A stretch of DNA of 64,000 nucleotides from the human T2T-CHM13v2.0 reference genome, Homo sapiens. The notes below the pieces were generated by a model, which searched no databases, was not told where the DNA came from, and worked only from the letters and a program-made list of their open reading frames with translations. Position 1 is the first letter of the stretch, and every line of letters begins with the position of its first letter. Shown in pieces: positions 25,101 through 40,600 of the stretch. The stretch lies in the NCBI RefSeq assembly GCF_009914755.1, contig NC_060939.1; one strand, given 5' to 3'. The position numbers and the translations under genes were made by a program.

Positions 25101-28100
25101 TGATTCCATTCCATTCAAGTCCATTACATTTGGTTCAATTCCATTCCATTCCATTCCCTTCCATTCCATTCCATTTGATATCAATCCATTCGATTCCATT
25201 CCATTCGAGCACATTCCAATCGAGTCCATTCCATTCGATGCCATTCCATTTGATTCTATTCCATTAGACTCCATTCAATTCCATTAATCTCCATTCCATT
25301 CCATTCTACTCCAACTGATTCCATTCCATTCTATTCCTTTCCATTCCATGCCATTCCATTCGCTTCTATTCCATTCGTGTCCATTCCACTCCAGTCCATT
25401 CCATTCGTGTGCATTCCATTCCAGTCCATTCCATTTGTGTCCACTGCATTCCATTCCACTCCATTCCATATTATTCCATTACACTCCATTCCATTCTATT
25501 ACTTTCATTTCCATTCAGTTCCATTCCATTTGATTCCATTCCACTCGGTTTCACTCCATTTGAGTCCATTCCATTCCATTCCATTCCATTCTGTTCCATT
25601 CCATTCCATTCCATTCCATTCCATTCCATTCGGTACCATTCCATATTGTTCCATTCGATTCCATTCGAATCCATTCCATTCCAGTCCATTCCATTCGATT
25701 CCATTCCATTCCTTTCAATTCCATTCCATTCCATTCGATTCCACTTGATTCCACTCCATTCCCTTCCACTGCATTCCATTCGATTCCATTCCATTGCATT
25801 GCATTCCATTCCATTGGATTGCATTCCATTCGATTCCATTCCATTCGAATCAATTACATAGCAATCCATTACATTCGAGTCTGTTCTATTCCGTTGCACT
25901 CGATTTCGTTCCAATCCATTCGATTCCATTCCATTCGATTCCATTCCATACTATTGCATTCCATTCGATTAAATTATATTCGAATAAATTCCATTCAAGA
26001 CCATTTCTGTTGAGTCCATTCTACTTGAGTCCATTCCCTTTGATTCCATAACATTTGAGTCCATTCAATTCCATTCCTTTCGTTTCCATTCCATTTGATG
26101 CCATTCCATTCAATTCTGTTCTACTCGACTCCAATACATTCAATTCCATTCCAACCGATTCCATTACATTCTTTTCATTTCTTATCCATTTCAAGCCATT
26201 CCATTCCATTCCATTCCACTCGTTTCCTTTCCATTCGAGTCCATTCCACTCCAGTCCATTCCATTCGAATCCATTTCACTCCAGTCCATTCCATTCGAAT
26301 CCGTTTCACTCCAGTCCATTAAATTCGAGTACATTCCATTCCATTCTATTCAATGCCATTCCATTCGATTCTATTCCATTCGACACCATTCCTTTCCATT
26401 CCGTTCCATCCGATTCCATTCCATTGTATTCCATTCAATTGCATTCCATTCGTTTCCATTCCATTCGATTTCATTCCACTCAAGTCCATTCCATTCGAGT
26501 CCATTCCATTCGATATCATTCCATACTATTGCATTCCATTCGATTCCATTGTTTTCGAATAAATTCCAACCGAGACCATTCCTTTTGTGTCCTTTCTATT
26601 TGACTGCATTCCATTTGAGTCCATTAAATTTCTGCACATTCCATTCCTTTCCATTCCTTTCCATTCCATTCCTTTCGGTGCCATTCCATTCCACTCTACT
26701 CCATTCAAGTCCATTCCATTTGAGTCCATTCCATTGATTCGATGCCATTACATTCAATTCTATTTCATTCGAATCCATTCCATTCCATTTCCTTCCAAAC
26801 GATTCCATTCCATTCTATTACTTTCTATTCCAATCCATTCCATTTCGTTCCATTCGTTTCCATTCCATTCGAGTCCACTCCATTCCAGTCCATTCCATTC
26901 GATTCCATTCCATTCCAGTCCATTCCATTCAAGTCCATTCCACTCCATTCCATTCCATTCGATATCTTTTGATAACACCCCATTCCATTCTGCTCCTTAC
27001 AATTCAATTCAATTCCAGTCCATTTGATTCCATTCCATTTGATTACATTCCATTCGACTCCATTCCATTCGACTCTATTCCATTCGAGTCCATTCCATTC
27101 CATTCCATTGCATTCCGTTCGAATCCCTATTCCATTCCATTTTGTTACTGTCCATTCCATTTGAGTCCATTCCATGCCAAACCATTCCATTCGATTCCAT
27201 TCCAATAGATTCCATTGCACTCGAATCCAGTGCGTTCCATTCCATTGCTTTCCATTCCATTACATTCCATTGCATTCCATTCCATTCCATTTGATTGCAT
27301 TCCATTCAATTCCATTAATTTCGAATCAATTACATTGCAATCCATTGCATTCGAGTTCTATTCCAGTCCATTGCATTCCGGCGCATTCCGTTCCATTCCA
27401 TTCCATTCGATTCCGTTCCATTCGAATCGATTGCATTGCAATGCATTACATTCGAGTCCGTTTTATTCCAGTCCAATCCATTCCGGTCCATTCCGTTCGA
27501 TTCCATTCCATTCGATGCCACTCCATACTATTGTATTTCATTCGATTCCATTCTATTCAAATAAATTCCATTCGAGACCATTCCTTTCATGTCCATTCTA
27601 TTTGAGTCCATTCCATTCGAGTCCATTATATTTGGGTCCATTCCGTTCAATTCCATTGCAATCGATTCCATTCGATGTCACTCCATTCATTTCTATTCCA
27701 TTAGAGTCCATGTCATTCGAGTCCATTCCATTCTATTCTATTCCACTCCATTCCATTCCATTCCATTCCATTCCATTCGTTGCCGTTCCATTCAATTCTA
27801 TTATATTCCACTCCATTTAATTCCATTCCATTCCATTCCATTCCATTCTATTCCATTCTATCCAATTCCGTTCCATTCTATTCCTTTAAAGTCCATTCCA
27901 TTCCATTCCATTCGTTTCCATTCCATTCGAGTAAAGTCCACTCCAGTCCTTTCCATTCGAGTCCATTCCTCTCCAGTCCATTCCGTTCAATCCATTCCAT
28001 TCCAGTCCATTCCATTCGAGTCCGTTCCATTCCAGTCCATTCCATTCGAGTCAATTCCATTCCATTCGATATCTTTCCATAACGATCCATTCCATTCTAT

Positions 28101-31100
28101 TCCTTTCGATTCCATTCAATTCCATTCCATTCTATTCCCTTCCATTGGACTCCTTTCCATTCGAGTGCATTCCATTCCGTTCCATTTCTTTCTGTTCTGT
28201 ATGATTCTTACCGTTCGATTTCATTTTGTTCCAGTCTATTCCTTTCACGTCCATTCCATTCCATTTCACTCCATTCGATTCCATTCCACTCGATTCCCCT
28301 CCGTTCCATTTCATTGCATTCCATTCTATTCAATTCTATTGCATTCCATTCCATTCCATTTGATTACATTCCATGCGATTCCATTCGAATTCAAATCAAT
28401 TACATTGAAATCCATTACTATTGAGTCCGTTTTACTCCAGTCCACTCCATTCTGCTCCATTCCATTTGATTCCATTCCATTCTATTCCATTCTGTACAGT
28501 TGCATTCCATTGGATTCCATTCTATATCTATAAATGCAACTCGAGACCATTGCTTTTGAGTCCATTCTATATGATTCCATTCCATTCAAGTCCATTACAT
28601 TTGGTTCAATTCCATTCCATTCCATTCCCTTCCATTCCATTCCATTTGATATCAATCCATTCGATTCCATTCCATTCGAGCACATTCCAATCGAGTCCAT
28701 TCCATTCGATGCCATTCCATTTGATTCTATTCCATTAGACTCCATTCAATTCCATTAATCTCCATTCCATTCCATTCTACTCCAACTGATTCCATTCCAT
28801 TCTATTCCTTTCCATTCCATTCCATTCCATTTGCTTCTATTCCATTCGTGTCCATTCCACTCCAGTCCATTCCATTCGTGTCCATTCCATTCCAGTCCAT
28901 TCCATTTGTGTCCACTGCATTCCATTCCACTCCATTCCATATTATTCCATTACACTCCATTCCATTCTATTACTTTCATTTCCATTCAGTTCCATTCCAT
29001 TTGATTCCATTCCACTCGGTTTCACTCCATTTGAGTCCATTCCATTCCATTCCATTCCATTCTGTTCCATTCCATTCCATTCCATTCCATTCCATTCCAT
29101 TCCATTCGGTACCATTCCATATTGTTCCATTCGATTCCATTCGAATCCATTCCATTCCAGTCCATTCCATTCGATTCCATTCCATTCCTTTCAATTCCAT
29201 TCCATTCCATTCGATTCCACTTGATTCCACTCCATTCCCTTCCACTGCATTCCATTCGATTCCATTCCATTGCATTGCATTCCATTCCTTTGTATTGCAT
29301 TCCATTCGAATCAATTACATAGCAATCCATTACATTCGAGTCTGTTCTATTCCGTTGTACTCGATTTCGTTCCAATCCATTCGATTCCATTCCATTCGAT
29401 TCCATTCCATACTATTGCATTCCATTCGATTAAATTATATTCGAATAAATTCCATTCAAGACCATGTCTGTTGAGTCCATTCTACTTGAGTCCATTCCCT
29501 TTGATTCCATAACATTTGAGTCCATTCAATTCCATTCCTTTCGTTTCCATTCCATTTGATGCCATTCCATTCAATTCTGTTCTACTCGACTCCAATACAT
29601 TCAATTCCATTCCATCCGATTCCATTACATTCTTTTCATTTCTTATCCATTTCAAGCCATTCCATTCCATTCCATTCCACTCGTTTCCTTTCCATTCGAG
29701 TCCATTCCACTCCAGTCCATTCCATTCGAATCCATTTCACTCCAGTCCATTCCATTCGAATCCGTTTCACTCCAGTCCATTAAATTCGAGTACATTCCAT
29801 TCCATTCTATTCAATGCCATTCCATTCGATTCTATTCCATTCGACACCATTCCTTTCCATTCCGTTCCATCCGATTCCATTCCATTGTATTCCATTCAAT
29901 TCCATTCCATTGCATTCCATTCTTTTCCATTCCATTCGAATTCATTCCACTCAAGTCCATTCCATTCGAGTCCATTCCATTCGATATCATTCCACACTAT
30001 TGCATTCCATTCGATTCCATTGTTTTCGAATAAATTCCAACCGAGACCATTCCTTTTGTGTCCTTTCTATTTGACTGCATTCCATTTGAGTCCATTAAAT
30101 TTCTGCACATTCCATTCCTTTCCATTCCATTCCATTCCATTCCTTTCGGTGCCATTCCATTCCACTCTACTCCATTCAAGTCCATTCCATTTGAGTCCAT
30201 TCCATTGATTCGATGCCATTACATTCAATTCTATTCCATTCGAATCCATTCCATTCCATTTCCTTCCAAACGATTCCATTACATTCTATTACTTTCTATT
30301 CCAATCCATTCCATTCCGTTCCATTCGTTTCCATTCCATTCGAGTCCACTCCATTCCAGTCCATTCCATTCGATTCCATTCCATTCCAGTCCATTCCATT
30401 CAAGTCCATTCCACTGCATTCCACTCCATTCGATATCTTTTGATAACACCCCATTCCATTCTGCTCCTTACAATTCAATTCAATTCCAGTCCATTTGATT
30501 CCATTCCATTTGATTACATTCCATTCGACTCCATTCCATTCGACTCTATTCCATTCGAGTCCATTCCATTCCATTCCATTGCATTCCGTTCGAATCCCTA
30601 TTCCATTCCATTTTGTTACTGTCCATTCCATTTGAGTCCATTCCATGCCAAACCATTCCATTCGATTCCATTCCAATAGATTCCATTGCACTCGAATCCA
30701 GTGCGTTCCATTCCATTGCTTTCCATTCCATTACATTCCATTGCATTACATTCCATTCCATTTGATTGCATTCCATTCAATTCCATTAATTTCGAATCAA
30801 TTACATTGCAATCCATTGCATTAGAGTTCTATTCCAGTCCATTGCATTCTGGCGCATTCCGTTCCATTCCATTCCATTCGATTCCGTTCCATTCGAATCG
30901 ATTGCATTGCAATGCTTTACATTCGAGTCCGTTTTATTCCAGTCCAATCCATTCCGGTCCATTCCGTTCGATTCCATTCCATTCGATGCCACTCCATACT
31001 ATTGTATTTCATTTGATTCCATTCTATTCAAATAAATTCCATTCGAGACCATTCCTTTCGAGTCCATTCTATTTGAGTCCATTCCATTCGAGTACATTAT

Positions 31101-34100
31101 ATTTGGGTCCATTCCATTCAATTCCATTGCAATAGATTCCATTCGATGTCACTCCATTCATTTCTATTCCATTAGAGTCCATGTCATTCGAGTCCATTCC
31201 ATTCTATTCTATTCCACTCCATTCCATTCCATTCCACTCCATTCCATTCGTTGCCGTTCCATTCAATTCTATTATATTCCACTCCATTTAATTCCATTCC
31301 ATTCCATTCCATTCTATTCCATTCTATCCAATTCCGTTCCATTCTATTCCTTTAAAGTCCATTCCATTCCATTCCATTCGTTTCCATTCCATTCGAGTAA
31401 AGTCCACTCCAGTCCTTTCCATTCGAGTCCATTCCTCTCCAGTCCATTCCGTTCAATCCATTCCATTCCAGTCCATTCCATTCCAGTCCGTTCCATTCCA
31501 GTCCATTCCATTCGAGTCAATTCCATTCCATTCGATATCTTTCCATAACGATCCATTCCATTCTATTCCTTTCGATTCCATTCAATTCCATTCCATTCTA
31601 TTTCATTCCATTCGATTCCCTTCCATTGGACTCCTTTCCATTCGAGTGCATTCCATTCCGTTCCATTTCTTTCTGTTCTGTATGATTCCTACCTTTCGAT
31701 TTCATTTTGTTCCAGTCTATTCCTTTCACGTCCATTCCATTCCATTTCTCTCCATTCGATTCCATTCCACTCGATTCCCCTCCGTTCCATTTCATTGCAT
31801 TCCATTCTATTCAATTCTATTGCATTCCATTCCATTCCATTTGATTACATTCCATGCGATTCCATTCGAATTCGAATCAATTACATTGAAATCCATTACT
31901 ATTGAGTCCGTTTTACTCCAGTCCACTCCATTCTGCTCCATTCCATTTGATTCCATTCCATTCTATTCCATTCCGTACAGTTGCATTCCATTGGATTCCA
32001 TTCTATATCTATAAATGCAACTCGAGACCATTGCTTTTGAGTCCATTCTATATGATTCCATTCCATTCAAGTCCATTACATTTGGTTCAATTCCATTCCA
32101 TTCCATTCCCTTCCATTCCATTCCATTTGATATCAATCCATTCGATTCCATTCCATTCGAGCACATTCCAATCGAGTCCATTCCATTCGATGCCATACCA
32201 TTTGATTCTATTCCATTAGACTCCATTCAATTCCATTAATCTCCATTCCATTCCATTCTACTCCAACTGATTCCATTCCATTCTATTCCTTTCCATTCCA
32301 TTCCATTCCATTCGCTTCTATTCCATTCGTGTCCATTCCACTCCAGTCCATTCCATTCGTGTCCATTCCATTCCAGTCCATTCCATTTGTGTCCACTGCA
32401 TTCCATTCCACTCCATTCCATATTATTCCATTACACTCCATTCCATTCTATTACTTTCATTTCCATTCAGTTCCATTCCATTTGATTCCATTCCACTCGG
32501 TTTCACTCCACTTGAGTCCATTCCATTCCATTCCATTCCATTCTGTTCCATTCCATTCCATTCCATTCCATTCCATTCCATTCGGTACCATTCCATATTG
32601 TTCCATTCGATTCCATTCGAATCCATTCCATTCCAGTCCATTCCATTCGATTCCATTCCATTCCTTTCAATTCCATTCTATTCCATTCGATTCCACTTGA
32701 TTCCACTCCATTCCCTTCCACTGCATTCCATTCGATTCCATTCCATTGCATTGCATTCCATTCCATTGGATTGCATTCCATTCGATTCCATTCCATTCGA
32801 ATCAATTACATAGCAATCCATTACATTCGAGTCTGTTCTATTCCGTTGCACTCGATTTCGTTCCAATCCATTCGATTCCATTCCATTCGATTCCATTCCA
32901 TACTATTGCATTCCATTCGATTAAATTATATTCGAATAAATTCCATTCAAGACCATTTCTGTTGAGTCCATTCTACTTGAGTCCATTCCCTTTGATTCCA
33001 TAACATTGGAGTCCATTCAATTCCATTCCTTTCGTTTCCATTCCATTTGATGCCATTCCATTCAATTCTGTTCTACTCGACTCCAATACATTCAATTCCA
33101 TTCCATCCGATTCCATTACATTCTTTTCATTTCTTATCCATTTCAAGCCATTCCAGTCCATTCCATTCCACTCGTTTCCTTTCCATTCGAGTCCATTCCA
33201 CTCCAGTCCATTCCATTCGAATCCATTTCACTCCAGTCCATTCCATTCGAATCCGTTTCACTCCAGTCCATTAAATTCGAGTACATTCCATTACATTCTA
33301 TTCAATGCCATTCCATTCGATTCTATTCCATTCGACACCATTCCTTTCCATTCCGTTCCATCCGATTCCATTCCATTGTATTCCATTCCATTGCATTCCA
33401 TTACATTCCATTCGTTTCCATTCCATTCGAATTCATTCCACTCAAGTCCATTCCATTCGAGTCCATTCCATTCGATATCATTCCATACTATTGCATTCCA
33501 TTCGATTCCATTGTTTTCGAATAAATTCCAACCGAGACCATTCCTTTTGTGTCCTTTCTATTTGACTGCATTCCATTTGAGTCCATTAAATTTCTGCACA
33601 TTCCATTCCTTTCCATTCCATTCCATTCCATTCCTTTCGTAGCCATTCCATTCCACTCTACTCCATTCAAGTCCATTCCATTTGAGTCCATTCCATTGAT
33701 TCGATGCCATTACATTCAATTCTATTCCATTCGAATCCATTCCTTTCCATTTCCTTCCAAACGATTCCATTCCATTCTATTACTTTCTATTCCAATCCAT
33801 TCCATTCCGTTCCATTCGTTTCCATTCCATTCGAGTCCACTCCATTCCATTCCATTCCATTCGATTCCATTCCATTCCAGTCCATTCCATTCAAGTCCAT
33901 TCCACTCCATTCCATTCCATTCGATATCTTTGATAACACCCCATTCCATTCTGCTCCTTACAATTCAATTCAATTCCAGTCCATTTGATTCCATTCCATT
34001 TGATTACATTCCATTCGACTCCATTCCATTCGACTCTATTCCATTCGAGTCCATTCCATTCCATTCCATTGCATTCCGTTCGAATCCCTATTCCATTCCA

Positions 34101-36073
34101 TTTTGTTACTGTCCATTCCATTGGAGTCCATTCCATGCCAAACCATTCCATTCGATTCCATTCCAATAGGTTCAATTGCACTCGAATCCAGTGCGTTCCA
34201 TTCCATTGCTTTCCATTCTATTACATTCCATTGCATTACATTCCATTCCATTTGATTGCATTCCATTCAATTCCATTAACTTCGAATCAATTACATTGCA
34301 AACCATTGCATTAGAGTTCTATTCCAGTCCATTGCATTCCGGCGCATTCCGTTCCATTCCATTCCATTCGATTCCGTTCCATTCGAATCGATTGCATTGC
34401 AATGCTTTACATTCGAGTCCGTTTTATTCCAGTCCAATCCATTCCGTTCCATTCCGTTCGATTCCATTCCATTCGATGCCACTCCATACTATTGTATTTC
34501 ATTCGATTCCATTCTATTCAAATAAATTCCATTCGAGACCATTCCTTTCGAGTCCATTCTATTTGAGTCCATTCCATTCGAGTCCATTATATTTGGGTCC
34601 ATTCCATTCAATTCCATTGCAATCGATTCCATTCGATGTCACTCCATTCATTTCTATTCCATTAGAGTCCATGTCATTCGAGTTCATTCCATTCTATTCT
34701 ATTCCACTCCATTCCATTCCATTCCATTCCACTCCATTCCATTCGTTGCCGTTCCATTCAATTCTATTATATTCCACTCCATTTAATTCCATTCCATTCC
34801 ATTCCATTCCATTCTATCCAATTCCGTTCCATTCTATTCCTTTAAAGTCCATTCCATTCCATTCTATTCGTTTCCATTCCATTCGAGTAAAGTCCACTCC
34901 ACTCCTTTCCATTCGATTCCATTCCTCTCCAGTCCATTCCGATCAATCCATTCCATTCCAGTCCATTCCATTCAAGTCCGTTCCATTCCAGTCCATTCCA
35001 TTCGAGTCAATTCCATTCCATTCGATATCTTTCCATAACGATCCATTCCATTCTATTCCTTTCAATTCCATTCAATTCCATTCCATTCTATTTCATTCCA
35101 TTCGATTCCCTTCCATTGGACTCCTTTCCATTCGAGTGCATTCCATTCCGTTCCATTTCTTTCTGTTCTGTATGATTCCTACCTTTCAATTTCATTTTTT
35201 TCCAGTCTATTCCTTTCACGTCCATTCCATTCCATTTCACTCCATTCAATTCCATTCCACTCGATTCCCCTCCGTTCCATTTCATTGCATTCCATTCTAT
35301 TCAATTCTATTGCATTCCATTCCATTCCATTTGATTACATTCCATGCGATTCCATTCGAATTCGAATCAATTACATTGAAATCCATTACTATTGAGTCCG
35401 TTTTACTCCAGTCCACTCCATTCTGCTCCATTCCATTTGATTCCATTCCATTCTATTCCATTCCGTACAGTTGCATTCCATTGGAGTCCATTCTATATCT
35501 ATAAATGCAACTCGAGACCATTGCTTTTGAGTCCATTCTATATGATTCCATTCCATTCAAGTCCATTACATTTGGTTCAATTCCATTCCATTCCATTCCC
35601 TTCCATTCCATTCCATTTGATATCAATCCATTCGATTCCATTCCATTCGAGCACATTCCAATCGAGTCCATTCCATTTGATGCCATTCCATTTGATTCTA
35701 TTCCATTAGACTCCATTCAATTCCATTAATCTCCATTCCATTCCATTCTACTCCAACTGATTCCATTCCATTCTATTCCTTTCCATTCCATTCCATTCCA
35801 TTCGCTTCTATTCCATTCGTGTCCATTCCACTCCAGTCCATTCCATTCGTGTCCATTCCATTCCAGTCCATTCCATTTGTGTCCACTGCATTCCATTCCA
35901 CTCCATTCCATATTATTCCATTACACTCCATTCCATTCTTTTACTTTCATTTGCATTCAGTTCCATTCCATTTGATTCCATTCCACTCGGTTTCACTCCA
36001 TTTGAGTCCATTCCATTCCATTCCATTCCATTCTGTTCCATTCCATTCCATTCCATTCCATTCCATTCCATTC

Positions 36074-37607
36074 GGTACCATTCCATACTGTTCCATTCGA
36101 TTCCATTCGAATCCATTCCATTCCAGTCCATTCCATTCGATTCCATTCCATTCCTTTCAATTCCATTCCATTCCATTCGATTCCACTTGATTCCACTCCA
36201 TTCCATTCCACTGCATTCCATTCGATTCCATTCCATTGCATTGCATTCCATTCCATTGGATTGCATTCCATTCGATTCCATTCCATTCTATCCAATTCCG
36301 TTCCATTCTATTCCTTTAAAGTCCATTCCATTCCATTCCATTCGTTTCCATTCCATTCGAGTAAAGTCCACTCCAGTCCTTTCCATTCGAGTCCATTCCT
36401 CTCCAGTCCATTCCGTTCAATCCATTCCATTCCAGTCCATTCCATTCGAGTCCGTTCCACTCCAGTCCATTCCATTCGAGTCAATTCCATTCCATTCGAT
36501 GTCTTTCCATAACGATCCATTCCATTCTATTCCTTTCGATTCCATTCAGTTCTATTTCATTCCATTCGATTCCCTTCCATTGGACTGCTTTCCATTCGAG
36601 TGCATTCCATTCCGTTCCATTTCTTTCCGTTCTGTACGATTCCTACCGTTCGATTTCATTTTGTTCCAGTCCATTCCTTTCGCGTCCATTCCATTCCATT
36701 TCACTCCATTCGATTCCATTCCATTCGATTCCATTCCACTCGATTCCACTTCGTTCCATTTCATTGCATTCCATTCTATTCAACTCTATTTCCTTCCATT
36801 CCATTCCATTCGATTACATTCCATGCGATTCCATTCGACATCGAATCAATTACATTGCAATCCATTACTATTGAGTCCGTTTTATTCCAGTCCACTGCAT
36901 TCTGGTCCATTCCATTTGATTCCATTCCATTCTATTCCATTCCATACAGTTGCATTCCATAGGATTCCATTCTATATCTATAAATTCAATTCGAGACCAT
37001 TGCTTTGGAGTCCATTCTATATGATTCCATTCCATTTATGTCCATTACATTTGGGTCCATTCCATTCCATTCCATTAACTTCCATTCCATTCCATTTGAT
37101 ATCAATCCATTCGATTCCATTCCATTCGAGCACATTCCATTCGAGTCCATTCCATTCGATGCCATTCCATTTGATTCTATTCCATTAGTCTCCATTCAAT
37201 TCCATTAATCTCCATTCCATTCCATTCTACTCCAACTGATTCAATTCCATTCTATTCCTTTCCATTCCATTTCATTCCATTAGGTTCTATTTCATTCCAT
37301 TTCATTCCATTCCATTCCATTTCATTCCATTCCATTCCATTCGCTTCCATTCCTTTCGTGTCCATTCCACTCCAGTCCATTCCATTCGTATGCATTCCAT
37401 TCCAGTCCATTCCATTTGTGTCCACTGCATTCCATTCCACTCCATTCCATATTATTCCATTACACTCCATTCCATTCTATTACTTTCATTTCCATTCAGT
37501 TCCATTCCATTTGATTCCATTCCACTCGGTTTCACTCCATTTGAGTCCATTCCATTCCATTCCATTCCATTCTGTTCCATTCCATTCCATTCCATTCCAT
37601 TCCATTC
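36074..37607 (+). repeat. Truncated 1534-bp unit (~2.0-kb deletion at ~36290) whose distal part carries 1.8-kb-monomer-type variants
   Basis: The junction ttggattgcattccattcgattccattccattc|tatccaattccg at ~36288 skips the equivalent of 13534-15520. From 36500 to 37200 the unit has gatgtctttcc, ttccgttctgtacg, cgcgtcc, caactctatt, ccactgcattctggtcc and taaattcaattcgagacc, as in Domain 1. Confidence 0.87.
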
Positions 37608-40600
37608 GGTACCATTCCATATTGTTCCATTCGATTCCATTCGAATCCATTCCATTCCAGTCCATTCCATTCGATTCCATTCCATTCCTTTCAATTCCAT
37701 TCCATTCCATTCGATTCCACTTGATTCCACTCCATTCCCTTCCACTGCATTCCATTCGATTCCATTCCATTGCATTGCATTCCATTCCATTGGATTGCAT
37801 TCCATTCGATTCCATTCCATTCGAATCAATTACATAGCAATCCATTACATTCGAGTCTGTTCTATTCCGTTGCACTCGATTTCGTTCCAATCCATTCGAT
37901 TCCATTCCATTCGATTCCATTCCATACTATTGCATTCCATTCGATTAAATTATATTCGAATAAATTCCATTCAAGACCATTTCTGTTGAGTCCATTCTAC
38001 TTGAGACCATTCCCTTTGATTCCATAACATTTGAGTCCATTCAATTCCATTCCTTTCGTTTCCATTCCATTTGATGCCATTCCATTCAATTCTGTTCTAC
38101 TCGACTCCAATACATTCAATTCCATTCCATCCGATTCCATTACATTCTTTTCATTTCTTATCCATTTCAAGCCATTCCATTCCATTCCATTCCACTCGTT
38201 TCCTTTCCATTCGAGTCCATTCCTCTCCAGTCCATTCCATTCGAATCCATTTCACTCCAGTCCATTCCTTTCGAATCCGTTTCACTCCAGTCCATTAAAT
38301 GCGAGTACATTCCATTCCATTCTATTCAATGCCATTCCATTCGATTCTATTCCATTCGACACCATTCCTTTCCATTCCGTTCCATCCGATTCCATTCCAT
38401 TGTATTCCATTCAATTCCATTCCATTCGTTTCCATTCCATTCGAATTCATTCCACTCAAGTCCATTCCATTCGAGTCCATTCCATTCGATATCATTCCAT
38501 ACTATTGCATTCCATTCGATTCCATTGTTTTCGAATAAATTCCAACCGAGACCATTCCTTTTGTGTCCTTTCTATTTGACTGCATTCCATTTGAGTCCAT
38601 TAAATTTCTGCACATTCCATTCCTTTCCATTCCTTTCCATTCCATTCCTTTCGGTGCCATTCCATTCCACTCTACTCCATTCAAGTCCATTCCATTTGAG
38701 TCCATTCCATTGATTCGATGCCATTACATTCAATTCTATTTCATTCGAATCCATTCCATTCCATTTCCTTCCAAACGATTCCATTCCATTCTATTACTTT
38801 CTATTCCAATCCATTCCATTTCGTTCCATTCGTTTCCATTCCATTCGAGTCCACTCCATTCCAGTCCATTCCATTCGATTCCATTCCATTCCAGTCCATT
38901 CCATTCAAGTCCATTCCACTCCATTCCATTCCATTCGATATCTTTTGATAACACCCCATTCCATTCTGCTCCTTACAATTCAATTCAATTCCAGTCCATT
39001 TGATTCCATTCCATTTGATTACATTCCATTCGACTCCGTTCCATTCGACTCTATTCCATTCGAGTCCATTCCATTCCATTCCATTCCATTGCATTCCGTT
39101 CGAATCCCTATTCCATTCCATTTTGTTACTGTCCATTCCATTTGAGTCCATTCCATGCCAAACCATTCCATTCGATTCCATTCCAATAGATTCCATTGCA
39201 CTCGAATCCAGTGCGTTCCATTCCATTGCTTTCCATTCTATTACATTCCATTGCATTACATTCCATTCCATTTGATTGCATTCCATTCAATTCCATTAAT
39301 TTCGAATCAATTACATTGCAATCCATTGCATTCGAGTTCTATTCCAGTCCATTGCATTCCGGCGCATTCCGTTCCATTCCATTCCATTCGATTCCGTTCC
39401 ATTCGAATCGATTGCATTGCAATGCATTACATTCGAGTCCGTTTTATTCCAGTCCAATCCATTCCGGTCCATTCCGTTCGATTCCATTCCATTCGATGCC
39501 ACTCCATACTATTGTATTTCATTTGATTCCATTCTATTCAAATAAATTCCGTTCGAGACCATTCCTTTCATGTCCATTCTATTTGAGTCCATTCCATTCG
39601 AGTCCATTATATTTGGGTCCATTCCGTTCAATTCCATTGCAATCGATTCCATTCGATGTCACTCCATTCATTTCTATTCCATTAGAGTCCATGTCATTCG
39701 AGTCCATTCCATTCTATTCTATTCCACTCCATTCCATTCCATTCCACTCCATTCCATTCGTTGCCGTTCCATTCAATTCTATTATATTCCACTCCATTTA
39801 ATTCCATTCCATTCCATTCCATTCTATTCCATTCTGTCCAATTCCGTTCCATTCTATTCCTTTAAAGTCCATTCCATTCCATTCCATTCGTTTCCATTCC
39901 ATTCGAGTAAAGTCCACTCCAGTCCTTTCCATTCGAGTCCATTCCTCTCCAGTCCATTCCGTTCAATCCATTCCATTCCAGTCCATTCCATTCGAGTCCG
40001 TTCCATTCCAGTCCATTCCATTCGAGTCAATTCCATTCCATTCAATATCTTTCCATAACGATCCATTCCATTCTATTCCTTTCGATTCCATTCAATTCCA
40101 TTCCATTCTATTTCATTCCATTCGATTCCCTTCCATTGGACTCCTTTCCATTCGAGTGCATTCCATTCCGTTCCATTTCTTTCTGTTCTGTATGATTCCT
40201 ACCGTTCGATTTCATTTTGTTCCAGTCTATTCCTTTCACGTCCATTCCATTCCATTTCACTCCATTCGATTCCATTCCACTCGATTCCCCTCCGTTCCAT
40301 TTCATTGCATTCCGTTCTATTCAATTCTATTGCATTCCATTCCATTCCATTTGATTACATTCCATGCGATTCCATTCGAATTCGAATCAATTACATTGAA
40401 ATCCATTACTATTGAGTCCGTTTTACTCCAGTCCACTCCATTCTGCTCCATTCCATTTGATTCCATTCCATTCTATTCCATTCCGTACAGTTGCATTCCA
40501 TTGGATTCCATTCTATATCTATAAATGCAACTCGAGACCATTGCTTTTGAGTCCATTTTATATGATTCCATTCCATTCAAGTCCATTACATTTGGTTCAA

